NCBI GenBank assembly: GCA_016186625.1
Contig: JACPLG010000008.1
Location: 80,689 to 144,688 of the forward strand
Direction: 5' to 3'
Length of the DNA stretch: 64,000 nucleotides
Origin: Candidatus Levyibacteriota bacterium
Lineage (GTDB): Bacteria > Patescibacteriota > Microgenomatia > Levybacterales > UBA12049
Shown here in pieces: positions 18,151 to 27,991 of this stretch (position 1 is its first letter; every line of letters begins with the position of its first letter). The position numbers were made by a program, and so were the translations under genes. The notes beneath the pieces are model-generated. The model was given only the letters and a program-made list of their open reading frames with translations. It was not told where the DNA came from and ran no database searches.

Positions 18151-18645
18151 ATGAGAGCATTTCTGACAGAAGATTTAATTTGGGAGCTCATAAGAGTTAG
18201 TCTTGGATTTATAATGCTTTGGGCTTTTTTGGACAAGCTTTTGGGTCTTGGATTCGCAACTTCCAAGGAGGGCTCATGGCTTGAGGGTGTTTCGCCAACT
18301 GCCGGATTTTTAAAATTCGGAGCCGAAGGACCTTTTTCTCCCCTTTTTCAATCTTTCTCGGGAAGCCTTGTAATTGATTTGCTGTTTATGGCAGGACTTT
18401 TTCTTGTAGGAGCGTCCCTTATTTTGGGGATTGGAATAAAGATTGCAGGATATGCGGGAGCCCTAATGACGTTTTTAATATACTTGTCTCTTTTCCCGCC
18501 AGAGAACAATCCAATTATTGATGAGCACATTATTTACATTATTTTGTTTTTAGGATTGGCAAATACTCAAAAAGGAAGAAAATACAGCTTTTCCAAACAG
18601 TGGGCAACTCTCGATTTAGTTAAAAAATACCCGATTCTTGTTTAA
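18151..18645 (+). CDS. DoxX-family membrane protein
   Basis: RVSLGFIMLWAFLDKLLGLG, NPIIDEHIIY. Confidence 0.85.
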   Translation: MRAFLTEDLIWELIRVSLGFIMLWAFLDKLLGLGFATSKEGSWLEGVSPTAGFLKFGAEGPFSPLFQSFSGSLVIDLLFMAGLFLVGASLILGIGIKIAGYAGALMTFLIYLSLFPPENNPIIDEHIIYIILFLGLANTQKGRKYSFSKQWATLDLVKKYPILV

Positions 18646-18655
18646 TGATTTTGCC

Positions 18656-18676
18656 TTCCCACATGGAATGTGGGAA
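18656..18676. repeat. REP family 1 copy
   Basis: ttcccacatggaatgtgggaa. Confidence 0.8.
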
Positions 18677-18703
18677 TTCGGATTGAGCTGTTTATTCCCC
18701 TTC

Positions 18704-19492
18704 CTAGCCTCCCCAGCCGCGGGAGCGGGCGTGGTTAAGAGCAGCCTGCGTGTCACCACCGTAGGACTTTAGCCCCTGCTCCACCCCACCGTGCCTTGCT
18801 ATATAGTTTGCAGCTCCATGTATTGCGTCTACAGCGTTGTTTATATCTGCATTCCCGTTTCCATCTCCATCCACGCCATAAGCTGTCCACGTGCCCGGCA
18901 TAAACTGTAAGGGACCTTGAGCGCCTGTTCCATAGCCACTAGATATTGCTCCGTCCCTCCCTCCTGTTTCCATGATATGCAGGCCATACAGAATTTCCCA
19001 CGGCACGCCGTATTTTGAACCAGCTTGTTTATATACCTCGTCAAACGAGCCTGGCGCACCTTGGGCTTGAGTTGAGGCTCCGGCGACCGTGGTTTGGGCA
19101 GGTTCGATAGAAGGCGAGGGATCCGGTGCGGTTACCTCCTCGTAAATTTTTGCAAGTTTTTCAGAAAGCTTTTCTTCAGCATCTGGTTTAACAGCCAGCT
19201 TTATTTCCCAGCCAGTGTTAATTATTCGCGGGTCTTCAATCCAGGGATTATTATTCCAAAGAGTTGTCCAGAATTTTGAGGAGCCGTAATATTTTTGGGC
19301 AATACCATAAAGAGTATCACCGGAAACAACGGTGTGAGTTTTTGGTGGCTGTGGCGTAGGAGAAGGTGAGGTTGTAGGGCTTGAAATTTGAGAAATGTTG
19401 TTTTGAGGCGGCGGTGGAGGTTTGTTTTCGTCCTTTAAGATTGGCGAAATGATGGTTAAAAGAAAAATAGCTCCTACTACTACTCCTACCAT
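18704..19492 (-). CDS. LysM plus lytic transglycosylase (SLT) protein
   Basis: HTVVSGDTLYGIAQKYYG; GAQGPLQFMPGTW; DAIHGAANY. Confidence 0.9.
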   Translation of the reverse strand: MVGVVVGAIFLLTIISPILKDENKPPPPPQNNISQISSPTTSPSPTPQPPKTHTVVSGDTLYGIAQKYYGSSKFWTTLWNNNPWIEDPRIINTGWEIKLAVKPDAEEKLSEKLAKIYEEVTAPDPSPSIEPAQTTVAGASTQAQGAPGSFDEVYKQAGSKYGVPWEILYGLHIMETGGRDGAISSGYGTGAQGPLQFMPGTWTAYGVDGDGNGNADINNAVDAIHGAANYIARHGGVEQGLKSYGGDTQAALNHARSRGWGG

Positions 19493-19564
19493 AAAAGACG
19501 ATACTACCAAAGGGTAAATAATATGTCAAACCGAGGCTGAAAGGGTTTGTTTTATAGTTACATT

Positions 19565-19651
19565 TGGTGCGGATGAGAGGACTCGAACCTCCACGCTTTT
19601 TAGGGCACAGCCACCTCAAGGCTGCGTGTATACCGGTTTCACCACATCCGC
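19565..19651 (-). tRNA. tRNA-Leu(GAG), CCA encoded
   Basis: CAGCC-TTGAGGT-GGCTG, long variable arm. Confidence 0.95.
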
Positions 19652-19659
19652 TCGCCACA

Positions 19660-19777
19660 TGGGACAAACCTCACGGTTTTTCCCAACCTGCCCGCTAATG
19701 CTGCGCATAAGCGTTGCAGGCGGGCGATTTCCCTTTAGGGACCACAAAATCAGCACTCCCAATCCAACGATTTTGTG
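19660..19777 (-). ncRNA. Pre-tRNA leader motif copy B, with a 38-bp CCTGCC insertion (19687-19724)
   Basis: Aligns with 20941-21020 once the insertion is removed. Confidence 0.7.
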
Positions 19778-19815
19778 TCTTTTATTCTATCAAGATTAGG
19801 TTTAATTTGGAAGTG

Positions 19816-19898
19816 TACCGAGGAGAGGATTCGGACCTCCAATCTCTTGCGAGAACAGCGTTCTGAACGCTGCGCGTCTACCATTTCGCCACCTCGGC
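19816..19898 (-). tRNA. tRNA-Leu(CAG)
   Basis: CAGCG-TTCAGAA-CGCTG; atypical T-loop TCCGAAT. Confidence 0.9.
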
Positions 19899-19971
19899 TT
19901 GAATTGATTATATCAAAAATGAGCGTAAAAAGTTGTTATACAAGGCTATCTTTGATAAAATTAGAGCACAT

Positions 19972-20042
19972 TGCCGAGTCGTCTAATGGTAGGACAACGG
20001 ACTTTGGATCCGTTTATTTTGGTTCGAATCCAAGCTCGGCAG
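19972..20042 (+). tRNA. tRNA-Gln(TTG)
   Basis: ACGGA-CTTTGGA-TCCGT. Confidence 0.95.
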
Positions 20043-20074
20043 CGAGAAAACCATCCTATATAATTGCTACCTCT

Positions 20075-20578
20075 ATGGCTGATAATATAGAGCGAGTATT
20101 AAGACAAGTTGACAGAGAAAACCCTGGATCTAGAGATACTTCTGATCAGATAAGGGCAATCATGTGGCCTGCTGTTGTGGAAAAAGGGTTTCCTAGACAG
20201 GCTGTCCTTATTGATAACGAACCTTCAGTTTATAGACATCCTCTTTTTGATTTCGTGAATTCAGATGCAAGGTTAGCGATTGGAGAAGATGTTGTCCAGT
20301 TAACATTAACAGAAAATAGATTATTGATTGCATTATGTAGGGAGATTAATAGAGCTGTTTCAAGAGAAAGTTTATTGTCTGCTATAAGCACTGACCCTGC
20401 TTTAGACACAGACCCTAAAACCGTAAATGTTCATATAGGTCACTTGAGAAGAAAGATAGCGAATGGAAGGGAAATAGATAGTCCTATAGAAACCGTTAAG
20501 GGAATTGGATATAGACTTGTAGACCCAACAGTGCCAAACGGTTATGGCTATAGCCATCCGCAGCCTTCCTTGGGTTAA
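20075..20578 (+). CDS. OmpR/PhoB-type winged-helix protein without a receiver domain
   Basis: LTLTENRLL..VSRESLL..TVNVHIGHLRRKI..IETVKGIGYRL. Confidence 0.85.
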   Translation: MADNIERVLRQVDRENPGSRDTSDQIRAIMWPAVVEKGFPRQAVLIDNEPSVYRHPLFDFVNSDARLAIGEDVVQLTLTENRLLIALCREINRAVSRESLLSAISTDPALDTDPKTVNVHIGHLRRKIANGREIDSPIETVKGIGYRLVDPTVPNGYGYSHPQPSLG

Positions 20579-20617
20579 TCAGGCTAAGGCGGACAAGTCC
20601 CTCAGTGCCTACAATAA

Positions 20618-20833
20618 TTATCTGATTCGAGAGGGAGACCCAGATGATGGATCGGCCGTAAGATCTCGCCCTCTTGGAATTTGAGGATCTGGTCTTCTTC
20701 CTGTAAGAAAAAAATATCTTATTGCTTCAGTCTCATGAGCGATTGCCCTTGGGCTCCCTGGTAAACCAGGATATCTGGGAGGCGGGCAACCAACGAGTGC
20801 GCGATCAGCAACAAATCTTTCTGGCATTTTCAA
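20618..20833 (-). CDS. Possible small hypothetical protein
   Basis: 71 aa ORF in an intergenic gap. Confidence 0.35.
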   Translation of the reverse strand: MKMPERFVADRALVGCPPPRYPGLPGSPRAIAHETEAIRYFFLTGRRPDPQIPRGRDLTADPSSGSPSRIR

Positions 20834-20940
20834 TATACATAATACTTTATTACCCTTTTCAAATCAACTTCCTTGCCTCTTCCCCACGACTTTTGTATAA
20901 TTGTTTTCGATATAAGATAATTGCTCGCCTAATAAAGAGG

Positions 20941-21020
20941 AGCGAAATCGTTGGATTGAGAGTGTCGATTTCGCTACCCCTAAAGGGAAATCGTTGGGAA
21001 AAACCGCGAGGTTTGTCCCA
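20941..21020 (+). ncRNA. Pre-tRNA leader motif copy C
   Basis: AGCGAAATCG..CGATTTCGCT; CCCTAAAGGG; AAATCGTTGGGAAAAACC-GCGA-GGTTTGTCCCA. Confidence 0.7.
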
Positions 21021-21024
21021 TTTA

Positions 21025-21097
21025 GCCGAGTTAGCCAAGTTGGTCAAGGCATCCGCCTGAAGAGCGGACTATCTCAGTTCGATTCTGAGACTCGGCA
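21025..21097 (+). tRNA. tRNA-Phe(GAA)
   Basis: TCCGC-CTGAAGA-GCGGA. Confidence 0.93.
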
Positions 21098-21161
21098 CAA
21101 TTCGTTTATCCTGACGAGGTCGGAGGAGCTCACATCCTCAGCACAGTTCGAATTAAAATAA

Positions 21162-22115
21162 ATGAATTTAGAATTAGCCGCTGAGAGGTACAACCGCTTG
21201 CCCGAAGCTTCTTATCGCGACACGCGATATATTGATCTCTCTCACTGGGCAGATGGAGAAAGAACAAGAAGAGCTGCGCAAAGAGATCTTGGCCGAAGAA
21301 CTGCCAGAGCAACATTTTCAGCTCTTCCTTCAAATATTCGTGATCGAGAATTTATAGATAGGCCCGTTACCATCCTATTTCCGGGTACTTTAATTCCAGC
21401 AAGTGCTACTTTCAGAGAACAGTTACCGGTAATTGAAGATTCCTCAAAACCTGTACTGTTAGACTATTCAGATAGAAGATTTTCCCAGGAAATACTAAGG
21501 TCTCAGGTTGTAGATTTTATTGAATCGCCTCCCGTAAACGGAAGAGACGTCAATCTCATAGGTTTTTCTTTTGGAGCAGCCAATGTTATTGATCTATTAA
21601 GCCACGAGCCTAGCGTGCGTGAAAGAATCCGTAGAGTAATTTTGATGGGAGCTCTTTTTTCCTCCCATGATCTTAAAAACAGCTTAGGATATAGGGTTGT
21701 AAAAGCTCTTCATCCTGTTGTTCGAGAAGGAACTCTTTGGCCAGTTGTTCCTCTTCTAAGACGCCGGGTTAAGGTAAATGATGACCCAATGCTTTTAGGG
21801 CAAGAAGGAGGCATTCATGGGTCTAAAGCAGCTGTTAGCCACAAAGCGTTCGCTGAGAGGGCTGCTTCAGTTGTATCAAGAGATCCAATTGAAACTCTAG
21901 GACAGATAACGGATATTCCCACTCTATTTTTTTATTGGGAAAACGACGAGTCTGATCCGGGAAGGAGATTAGTTTTGGCAAAAGCATTCCCTAATTCTGA
22001 AACAGTACATGTTTCAGGAAATCACGGACACACCATATCTGAGTCCCATGAAATAAATCCTGAAATTGGCAGATTTCTTGAACCTTCCCACGAAGAGTTG
22101 TTAGCTGCGGCTTAA
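21162..22115 (+). CDS. Alpha/beta hydrolase
   Basis: LIGFSFGA nucleophile elbow; C-terminal His (GNHG). Confidence 0.75.
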   Translation: MNLELAAERYNRLPEASYRDTRYIDLSHWADGERTRRAAQRDLGRRTARATFSALPSNIRDREFIDRPVTILFPGTLIPASATFREQLPVIEDSSKPVLLDYSDRRFSQEILRSQVVDFIESPPVNGRDVNLIGFSFGAANVIDLLSHEPSVRERIRRVILMGALFSSHDLKNSLGYRVVKALHPVVREGTLWPVVPLLRRRVKVNDDPMLLGQEGGIHGSKAAVSHKAFAERAASVVSRDPIETLGQITDIPTLFFYWENDESDPGRRLVLAKAFPNSETVHVSGNHGHTISESHEINPEIGRFLEPSHEELLAAA

Positions 22116-22175
22116 TTTATTTCTTATTTTCAATGGGGTCGGATTTGGGATTTTGGGAAATCGAAACCACCCCCG

Positions 22176-22214
22176 AAACCACCCCGGGGGTGGAATTAGG
22201 TTTACACCCTAGGA
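22176..22214 (+). repeat. REP family 2 copy
   Basis: aaaccaccccgggggtggaattaggtttacaccctagga; supplies the MFS stop codon. Confidence 0.8.
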
Positions 22215-23474
22215 ATTTTCTATAGATTTTTCCTCAATGGGGTCGGATTTGGGGTTTTGGCGGCGGGCAAGGTATATAAAAGGAAGAGCTGCTAACTGAA
22301 AGACTGAAGATATTCCGTAAGATATAGGATAACCATAAATATCTGCCGTTTTCCCCAGGGCCGGCTGGATAACAACTCCTCCGCTTGATCCGAGAAGAGT
22401 ATCAAAAGAAAGAACTGTTGCCCTTTGTTCGCTTGGTATTAATCCATTAAGATACGCTTGGCGAATTGGCATTAGTGCAGCAAAAAGCAGTCCCCATAGG
22501 AAAATCAAGCCAATTACCAGCCAGAAATTATTGGCAAAAGCTACCAGAATAAGAATAAGGCCTGTTAAAAATGTTCCCAAAATTAAGGCTGAAGTCCGCT
22601 TTTTAAAAAGTCTTCGGATTCTTGATGCTGCAATTCCTCCTGCAATTTGTGAAAGTCCGGTAAGTGCGGCAATAATCCCTGCTATTGCATATGCTTCTTT
22701 ATCTCCATAAAGCTGCAGTAAAAATGGCTGAAGCGCATAAAAAATATAAAAGCTCACGCCTGTTGCAAAAGGAGCTGTAAACATGATGTAGCGAACAGGA
22801 GGATTCCGCAGCCCGTGGTCAATTGATCTTGAAAAGATTTTTTTCATTTCCAAAAAAGGCTGTTTTGTTTTTTTAGGCGAGAACCCAAGATCCTGCATTA
22901 AAACAAAAGCCGTTGCAAAGTTTATTAATAACACTACGGAGCGAAGAATATAGGGGACTCCAAGGTTAGTTACTTGAGCAATAACTCCCCCACTGATTGC
23001 ACCCGCAAGCATGGCCGTACCTCCAACAATTTGACCTTTTGCAAAAACTCCTTCAAGATGCCCTTTAAAATTTGTTGCATGGAGCGCATCCACCAGCCAC
23101 GCCTCAGTTGCGCCTGAGAAAAAGGTATATCCAAGTCCCAAAAGAACAGATGAGGCAGCCCATCCCCAAAACGGGCCTTGAATTTGCCACATATAAAGAT
23201 ATAGCGCGGTTGATACTGCAAGCGTGAGTGCCCCTAAAAGATAAGAAATACGGCGGCCGTAAGTATCTGCAACAATTCCGGTTGGTATCTCAAATATTAC
23301 GTAGCCTAATGAAAAGAATCCGTTTGCAAGAAATGCTTCAAAGTTAGACAGTCCAGCATCAAGAAGAAATATTGTATTTATCCCCCAGATAAAAGAAGTG
23401 GCCAGGGTGTTTCCTAAGATTAAATAAAGATAGATTGTTTGGATATTACTTGGTTTTCTTAACAATCGAAGCAT
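22209..23474 (-). CDS. MFS transporter
   Basis: FEIPTGIVADTYGRRISY motif A; about 12 TM segments. Confidence 0.93.
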   Translation of the reverse strand: MLRLLRKPSNIQTIYLYLILGNTLATSFIWGINTIFLLDAGLSNFEAFLANGFFSLGYVIFEIPTGIVADTYGRRISYLLGALTLAVSTALYLYMWQIQGPFWGWAASSVLLGLGYTFFSGATEAWLVDALHATNFKGHLEGVFAKGQIVGGTAMLAGAISGGVIAQVTNLGVPYILRSVVLLINFATAFVLMQDLGFSPKKTKQPFLEMKKIFSRSIDHGLRNPPVRYIMFTAPFATGVSFYIFYALQPFLLQLYGDKEAYAIAGIIAALTGLSQIAGGIAASRIRRLFKKRTSALILGTFLTGLILILVAFANNFWLVIGLIFLWGLLFAALMPIRQAYLNGLIPSEQRATVLSFDTLLGSSGGVVIQPALGKTADIYGYPISYGISSVFQLAALPFIYLARRQNPKSDPIEEKSIENS

Positions 23475-23545
23475 TAGATATTAATATAAATTTTCCAGCA
23501 TATTGTCAATGACCGATTTTAAAAATGTTATAATAACAACTCCAA

Positions 23546-24670
23546 ATGGCAAGGATAATAGATAAACTCCTCGGGAAAAATTATGTACCTCTAAATGTTG
23601 TAGAAGTTTCAAAAAGCTCTTTAATTCATAATTACAAATACCTGACTAAACTTGCCGGGATTCCGGTTGCGCCGGTTCTTAAAAGCAATGCATATGGACA
23701 CGGAATTGAACTGGTTGGAAAAATACTTGACCCACTATCTCCTCCAATGTTTTGCGTCGATAGCATATTCGAAGCATACCAGTTGTTAAAAATTAAAATT
23801 AAAACACCCGTCCTTGTTATGGGATATGTTAGCGGAGAGAATTTAAAAATTAAAAAACTCCCCTTCTCTTTTTCTGCCTATACAAATGAAATGCTTGAAA
23901 ATGTTGCCAAATTTCAGCCACAAGCTCCGGTTCATATTTTCGTAGATACCGGAATGCATAGAGAAGGAGTTCCGCTCGAACATCTTGAGCGGTTTATAAG
24001 AAAAGCACAAAAATTCGGTTTAAAAATAGCAGGTCTTATGTCCCATTCTGCCAAGCCTGACGACCCATTTCATATAAATACTGTGCGGCAAATTAAAAAT
24101 TTTAAAGAGGCTTTTAATATTGGAAAAAGACTGGGAGTCGAGTTTGCCTATATTCATCTCTTTGCATCAGTTGGAGTAATGAATATCAAAAATTTTTCAA
24201 TGAGGGGAAATATGGCAAGGGTTGGAAAAGCACTTTATGGAATTGATGTTGTTGAGAACAGCGAAGAACTAAGGCCTGCCCTAGAGCTTAAATCAACAAT
24301 AATCCAGGTTAAAGACTTGAAAAAAGGAGAAAGAGTCGGGTATGATCTTGTCTTTAAGGCTCCAAAAGATATGGTGACAGCTGTTCTTCCGATTGGATAT
24401 AATGACGGAGTTGATAGAAGGCTTTCAAATAAAGGATTTGTCCAGGTTAATGGAATTTATTGTCAAATAATCGGAAGAGTCAGTATGAATATTACAGTAA
24501 TTGATGTGACTGATGTTAAAAATCCCCGCGTTGGACAAAAAGTTATTATTTTTTCAAATAGACCGAAAGATAAAAACTCAATATTTAATGTGTCCCAAGT
24601 TTGTGATGCAATCCCGTATGAGCTGATGTCTCATATTTACCCAACAACAAGAAGGGTATTGGCCAATTAA
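23546..24670 (+). CDS. alr: Alanine racemase
   Basis: VLKSNAYGHG, DTGMHREG, IGYNDG, GRVSMN. Confidence 0.96.
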   Translation: MARIIDKLLGKNYVPLNVVEVSKSSLIHNYKYLTKLAGIPVAPVLKSNAYGHGIELVGKILDPLSPPMFCVDSIFEAYQLLKIKIKTPVLVMGYVSGENLKIKKLPFSFSAYTNEMLENVAKFQPQAPVHIFVDTGMHREGVPLEHLERFIRKAQKFGLKIAGLMSHSAKPDDPFHINTVRQIKNFKEAFNIGKRLGVEFAYIHLFASVGVMNIKNFSMRGNMARVGKALYGIDVVENSEELRPALELKSTIIQVKDLKKGERVGYDLVFKAPKDMVTAVLPIGYNDGVDRRLSNKGFVQVNGIYCQIIGRVSMNITVIDVTDVKNPRVGQKVIIFSNRPKDKNSIFNVSQVCDAIPYELMSHIYPTTRRVLAN

Positions 24671-27600
24671 ATTACGTACTCATCCCATGACCTTATTGGT
24701 AGATCCTCGATCCTTTTGGTAGCAATCGTTTTTATAAAAAGCTCTGCTTTTTTTAGATTTGTAAAAAGAGGAATATTGTGATCTACCGCACCTCTTCGCA
24801 TTAAGTAGTCATCGCTTAAGTGCTTGGCCAAATAGATATCTGAAATATTTATGGCCAGATCAATGAATCCTTTTTGGAAATAATCCAAAATATTTGGGTT
24901 TTTGCCCTCATAAATTTTATAGATTCTTTTAACCGTTATACCATTTTGATTTAAGAAATTAGCGGTTTTCTCGGTGGCATAAATTGGAATACCTAGCTTT
25001 AAAAGATATGGGATTGAATCTAGAAATTTTATTTTATTTTCATCTCCTCCAAGAGTAACAAATACTCCTTTTTTTGGGATTTTTCCTCCAACGGAAAGCT
25101 CTGCCTTAAGGAAAGCTTCTTCAAGATCCTGTCCAAAACATGCCACTTCTCCAGTTGAAGTCATCTCAACATCAAGCACCGGATCCGCACCCGCAAGTCT
25201 GGCAAATGAAAATTGAGCAACTTTAGTTGCAACATATGGATAATCCATATGGCCTATTATTTTTTCGTCTTTGCATTTGCCAAAAAAAGAGTCAATTGCA
25301 ACATCCATAAAGTTTATTCGAGTCACTTTTGAAATAAAAGGAAAAGTGCGTGAACTTCTAAGATTAATTTCAATAACAGAAATATCATTATCCTTTGCAA
25401 GACACTGAATGTTAAAAGGGCCGGTTATTAGCAAATTTTTTGCAAGACCCTCGGAAACTGCCCGCAGTTTTCGAAGAGTTTCTATATAAATTTTTTGTGG
25501 GGGAAAAACAATTGATGCATCGCCCGAGTGAACTCCTGCATTTTCAACGTGCTCTGAGACCGCAAAAACTTTTATTTTTCCGTTCTGTGCCACAGCATCT
25601 ATTTCAATTTCTTTCGCATCCTCAATAAATTTGGAAATGGTTACCGGGTACTCTTTTGAGATCACGGAAATTTTTTCAAGAAATGATACCAGTTCTTCAT
25701 TTGAATGAATTATTCTCATGTTGCTTCCCGAAAGCACAAATGACGGACGAACCAATACCGGAAAGCCGACTTTTTTTACAAAATTTAGGGCATCGGAAAC
25801 ATTGGTAAAATTATTCCATGGAGGCTGTTTTATATTTAATTTGTCAAGAAGAGAGGAAAATTTACCCCTGTCTTCTGCTTGATCAATATTTTTAGGATCT
25901 GTTCCCAAAATGTTAAATCCGTAAGCTTTAAGTTCTTTTGCCCTGTTATTTGGGGTTTGTCCCCCAACAGATACAACTGTTCCAAGAGGTTTTTCAAATT
26001 CCAAAATATCCGCAATCCTCTCAAAAGTCAGCTCTTCAAAATATAATTTATCAGAGATATCGTAATCTGTTGAGACAGTCTCAGGATTGCAGTTTATAAC
26101 GATTGTCTTCTTCTTATGTTTTTTAAGAGCTTTAATTGCAGCAACACTTGTCCAGTCAAACTCAACAGAAGATCCAATTCTGTACGGGCCAGATCCTAGC
26201 ACAACAACCCCCAATTTTGCGGAAGGCTTTATGTCATTATGGGAGGCATTGTATGTAAGATATAAGTAATTAGTTTGCGCTGGGAATTCTCCCGCTAGGG
26301 TATCTATTTGAAAAACTGACGGGATAATTCCAAATTTTTTCCTGATTCTTCTAATTTCAAGTCCCAATTTGTCGGTAAGTTCTCCTATTCTTTTGTCTGA
26401 AAAGCCGAGCTGTTTTAACTCAAGGAGCTCGGATTTATCAAATATTAATTTTTTGTTTTTCCTAATTTTATCTTCATGGTTTGTGATGTTTCTGATCCTA
26501 TAGAGAAACCAAGGGTCAATACCGGTGAGTTTATAAACTTTATTGACGGCAGAATTCCTCTTGAAGCTTTCAGATATGGCAAAAATTCGCTCAGGCGTGG
26601 GTTTTTCCAAAGCTTCGGTTAGTCTTCCATTTGAAAAATCAGCAAACATCTCATCGTTTACAACTCCTTCAAAGTCAAGATCCAGCATTCTGATTGCTTT
26701 TTGATATGCCTCACCAAAAGTGCGGCCTATTCCCATCACTTCCCCAACGGACTTCATACTGCTTCCTATTCTGGGATCTGCATTTTTAAATTTATTTATA
26801 TCCCAGCGGGGAATTTTTATGGTTACATAATCAAGAGCCGGTTCAAAGCAAAATTGTGTTGCTTTGGTAACTTTGTTAGTAAGTTCCACTAGATTCATCC
26901 CTAAGGCCAGTTTTGCCGCAACATAAGCCAAAGGATAGCCCGTTGCCTTACTAGCAAGGGCTGAGCTTCTAGAAAGCCTTGCGTTTAGTTCAATTACATA
27001 GTATTCAAGCTGCCCGTTTTTTGGGCGGGGATTTAGCGCAAACTGCACATTACACTCCCCTACAATCCCTAGACTTCTTACTATTTTTATAGAAACGCTC
27101 CTAAGCTTATGGTATTCATTGTTTGTAAGAGTTTGAGAAGGGGCAATTACAACTGATTCTCCGGTATGGATTCCCAATGGGTCCATATTTTCCATATTGC
27201 ACACCGTAACCGCGTTATCAGCGCTGTCCCTAACCACCTCGTATTCAACTTCTTTATAATGGTGAAGATATTTCTCAATTAAAACCTGCGGAACAAATGA
27301 AAACGCTTTTTCCAAAATCCTCTCAAGCTCTTTTTGGCTATTTGCAATTCCTGAGCTCTGACCTCCTAGTGCAAAACCCGCTCTTACCATAACCGGATAT
27401 TTAATTTTGGAAGCAATTTTAATTGCCTCTTTTATGCTTGTTGCAGCTTGACTCGGAGGAGTAAACACATTGATTTTTTTAAGATGTTCAACAAATTTTT
27501 TTCTGTCTTCTGAAATATCAACTGCTGAAATTGGAGATCCTAGAATTTTAACTTTATTTTTTCTAAGAATTCCTTTTTTATTTAGCTTAAGCCCGCAATT

Positions 27601-27885
27601 GAGAGCGGTTTGTCCTCCAAAAGAAATCAAGATTCCGTCTGGCTTTTCTTTTTTAATTATTTTTTCAACAAAAAATGGACTAACCGGGAGAAAATAGACT
27701 TTATCTGCAAGGTAATCTGATGTTTGGATGGTAGCAATGTTAGGGTTTACCAAAACAGTTTTTATTCCCTCTTCCTTAAGTGCTTTTATGGCCTGAGAGC
27801 CAGAGTAATCAAACTCCCCCGCCTCCCCAATTTTTAATGCACCTGAGCCTAGTATCAAGACTTTCTTAATGTTTGCTTTGTTCAT
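24667..27885 (-). CDS. carB: Carbamoyl-phosphate synthase large subunit
   Basis: GEFDYSGSQA, NPNIATIQT, GIHTGES, NCNPETVSTDYD. Confidence 0.98.
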   Translation of the reverse strand: MNKANIKKVLILGSGALKIGEAGEFDYSGSQAIKALKEEGIKTVLVNPNIATIQTSDYLADKVYFLPVSPFFVEKIIKKEKPDGILISFGGQTALNCGLKLNKKGILRKNKVKILGSPISAVDISEDRKKFVEHLKKINVFTPPSQAATSIKEAIKIASKIKYPVMVRAGFALGGQSSGIANSQKELERILEKAFSFVPQVLIEKYLHHYKEVEYEVVRDSADNAVTVCNMENMDPLGIHTGESVVIAPSQTLTNNEYHKLRSVSIKIVRSLGIVGECNVQFALNPRPKNGQLEYYVIELNARLSRSSALASKATGYPLAYVAAKLALGMNLVELTNKVTKATQFCFEPALDYVTIKIPRWDINKFKNADPRIGSSMKSVGEVMGIGRTFGEAYQKAIRMLDLDFEGVVNDEMFADFSNGRLTEALEKPTPERIFAISESFKRNSAVNKVYKLTGIDPWFLYRIRNITNHEDKIRKNKKLIFDKSELLELKQLGFSDKRIGELTDKLGLEIRRIRKKFGIIPSVFQIDTLAGEFPAQTNYLYLTYNASHNDIKPSAKLGVVVLGSGPYRIGSSVEFDWTSVAAIKALKKHKKKTIVINCNPETVSTDYDISDKLYFEELTFERIADILEFEKPLGTVVSVGGQTPNNRAKELKAYGFNILGTDPKNIDQAEDRGKFSSLLDKLNIKQPPWNNFTNVSDALNFVKKVGFPVLVRPSFVLSGSNMRIIHSNEELVSFLEKISVISKEYPVTISKFIEDAKEIEIDAVAQNGKIKVFAVSEHVENAGVHSGDASIVFPPQKIYIETLRKLRAVSEGLAKNLLITGPFNIQCLAKDNDISVIEINLRSSRTFPFISKVTRINFMDVAIDSFFGKCKDEKIIGHMDYPYVATKVAQFSFARLAGADPVLDVEMTSTGEVACFGQDLEEAFLKAELSVGGKIPKKGVFVTLGGDENKIKFLDSIPYLLKLGIPIYATEKTANFLNQNGITVKRIYKIYEGKNPNILDYFQKGFIDLAINISDIYLAKHLSDDYLMRRGAVDHNIPLFTNLKKAELFIKTIATKRIEDLPIRSWDEYVI

Positions 27886-27991
27886 TCAATTGTTTGAATA
27901 ATATTAAATATCAAATATAAAATAGTAAATATACATAGAAAATTTTAAATATATTTTATTTTTGATTTGTATTTTTTAAATTTCATTTTTA

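Noticed and set aside
19775-20074. Extended N-terminus of the winged-helix ORF
   Set aside because: Runs through two tRNA genes; ATG 20075 has its own -10 box.
20941-21020. Calling the tRNA leader motif a self-cleaving ribozyme
   Set aside because: I could not identify a hammerhead, HDV-like or twister core, and spacing to the tRNA varies from 4 to 10 nt; kept only as an unassigned motif.
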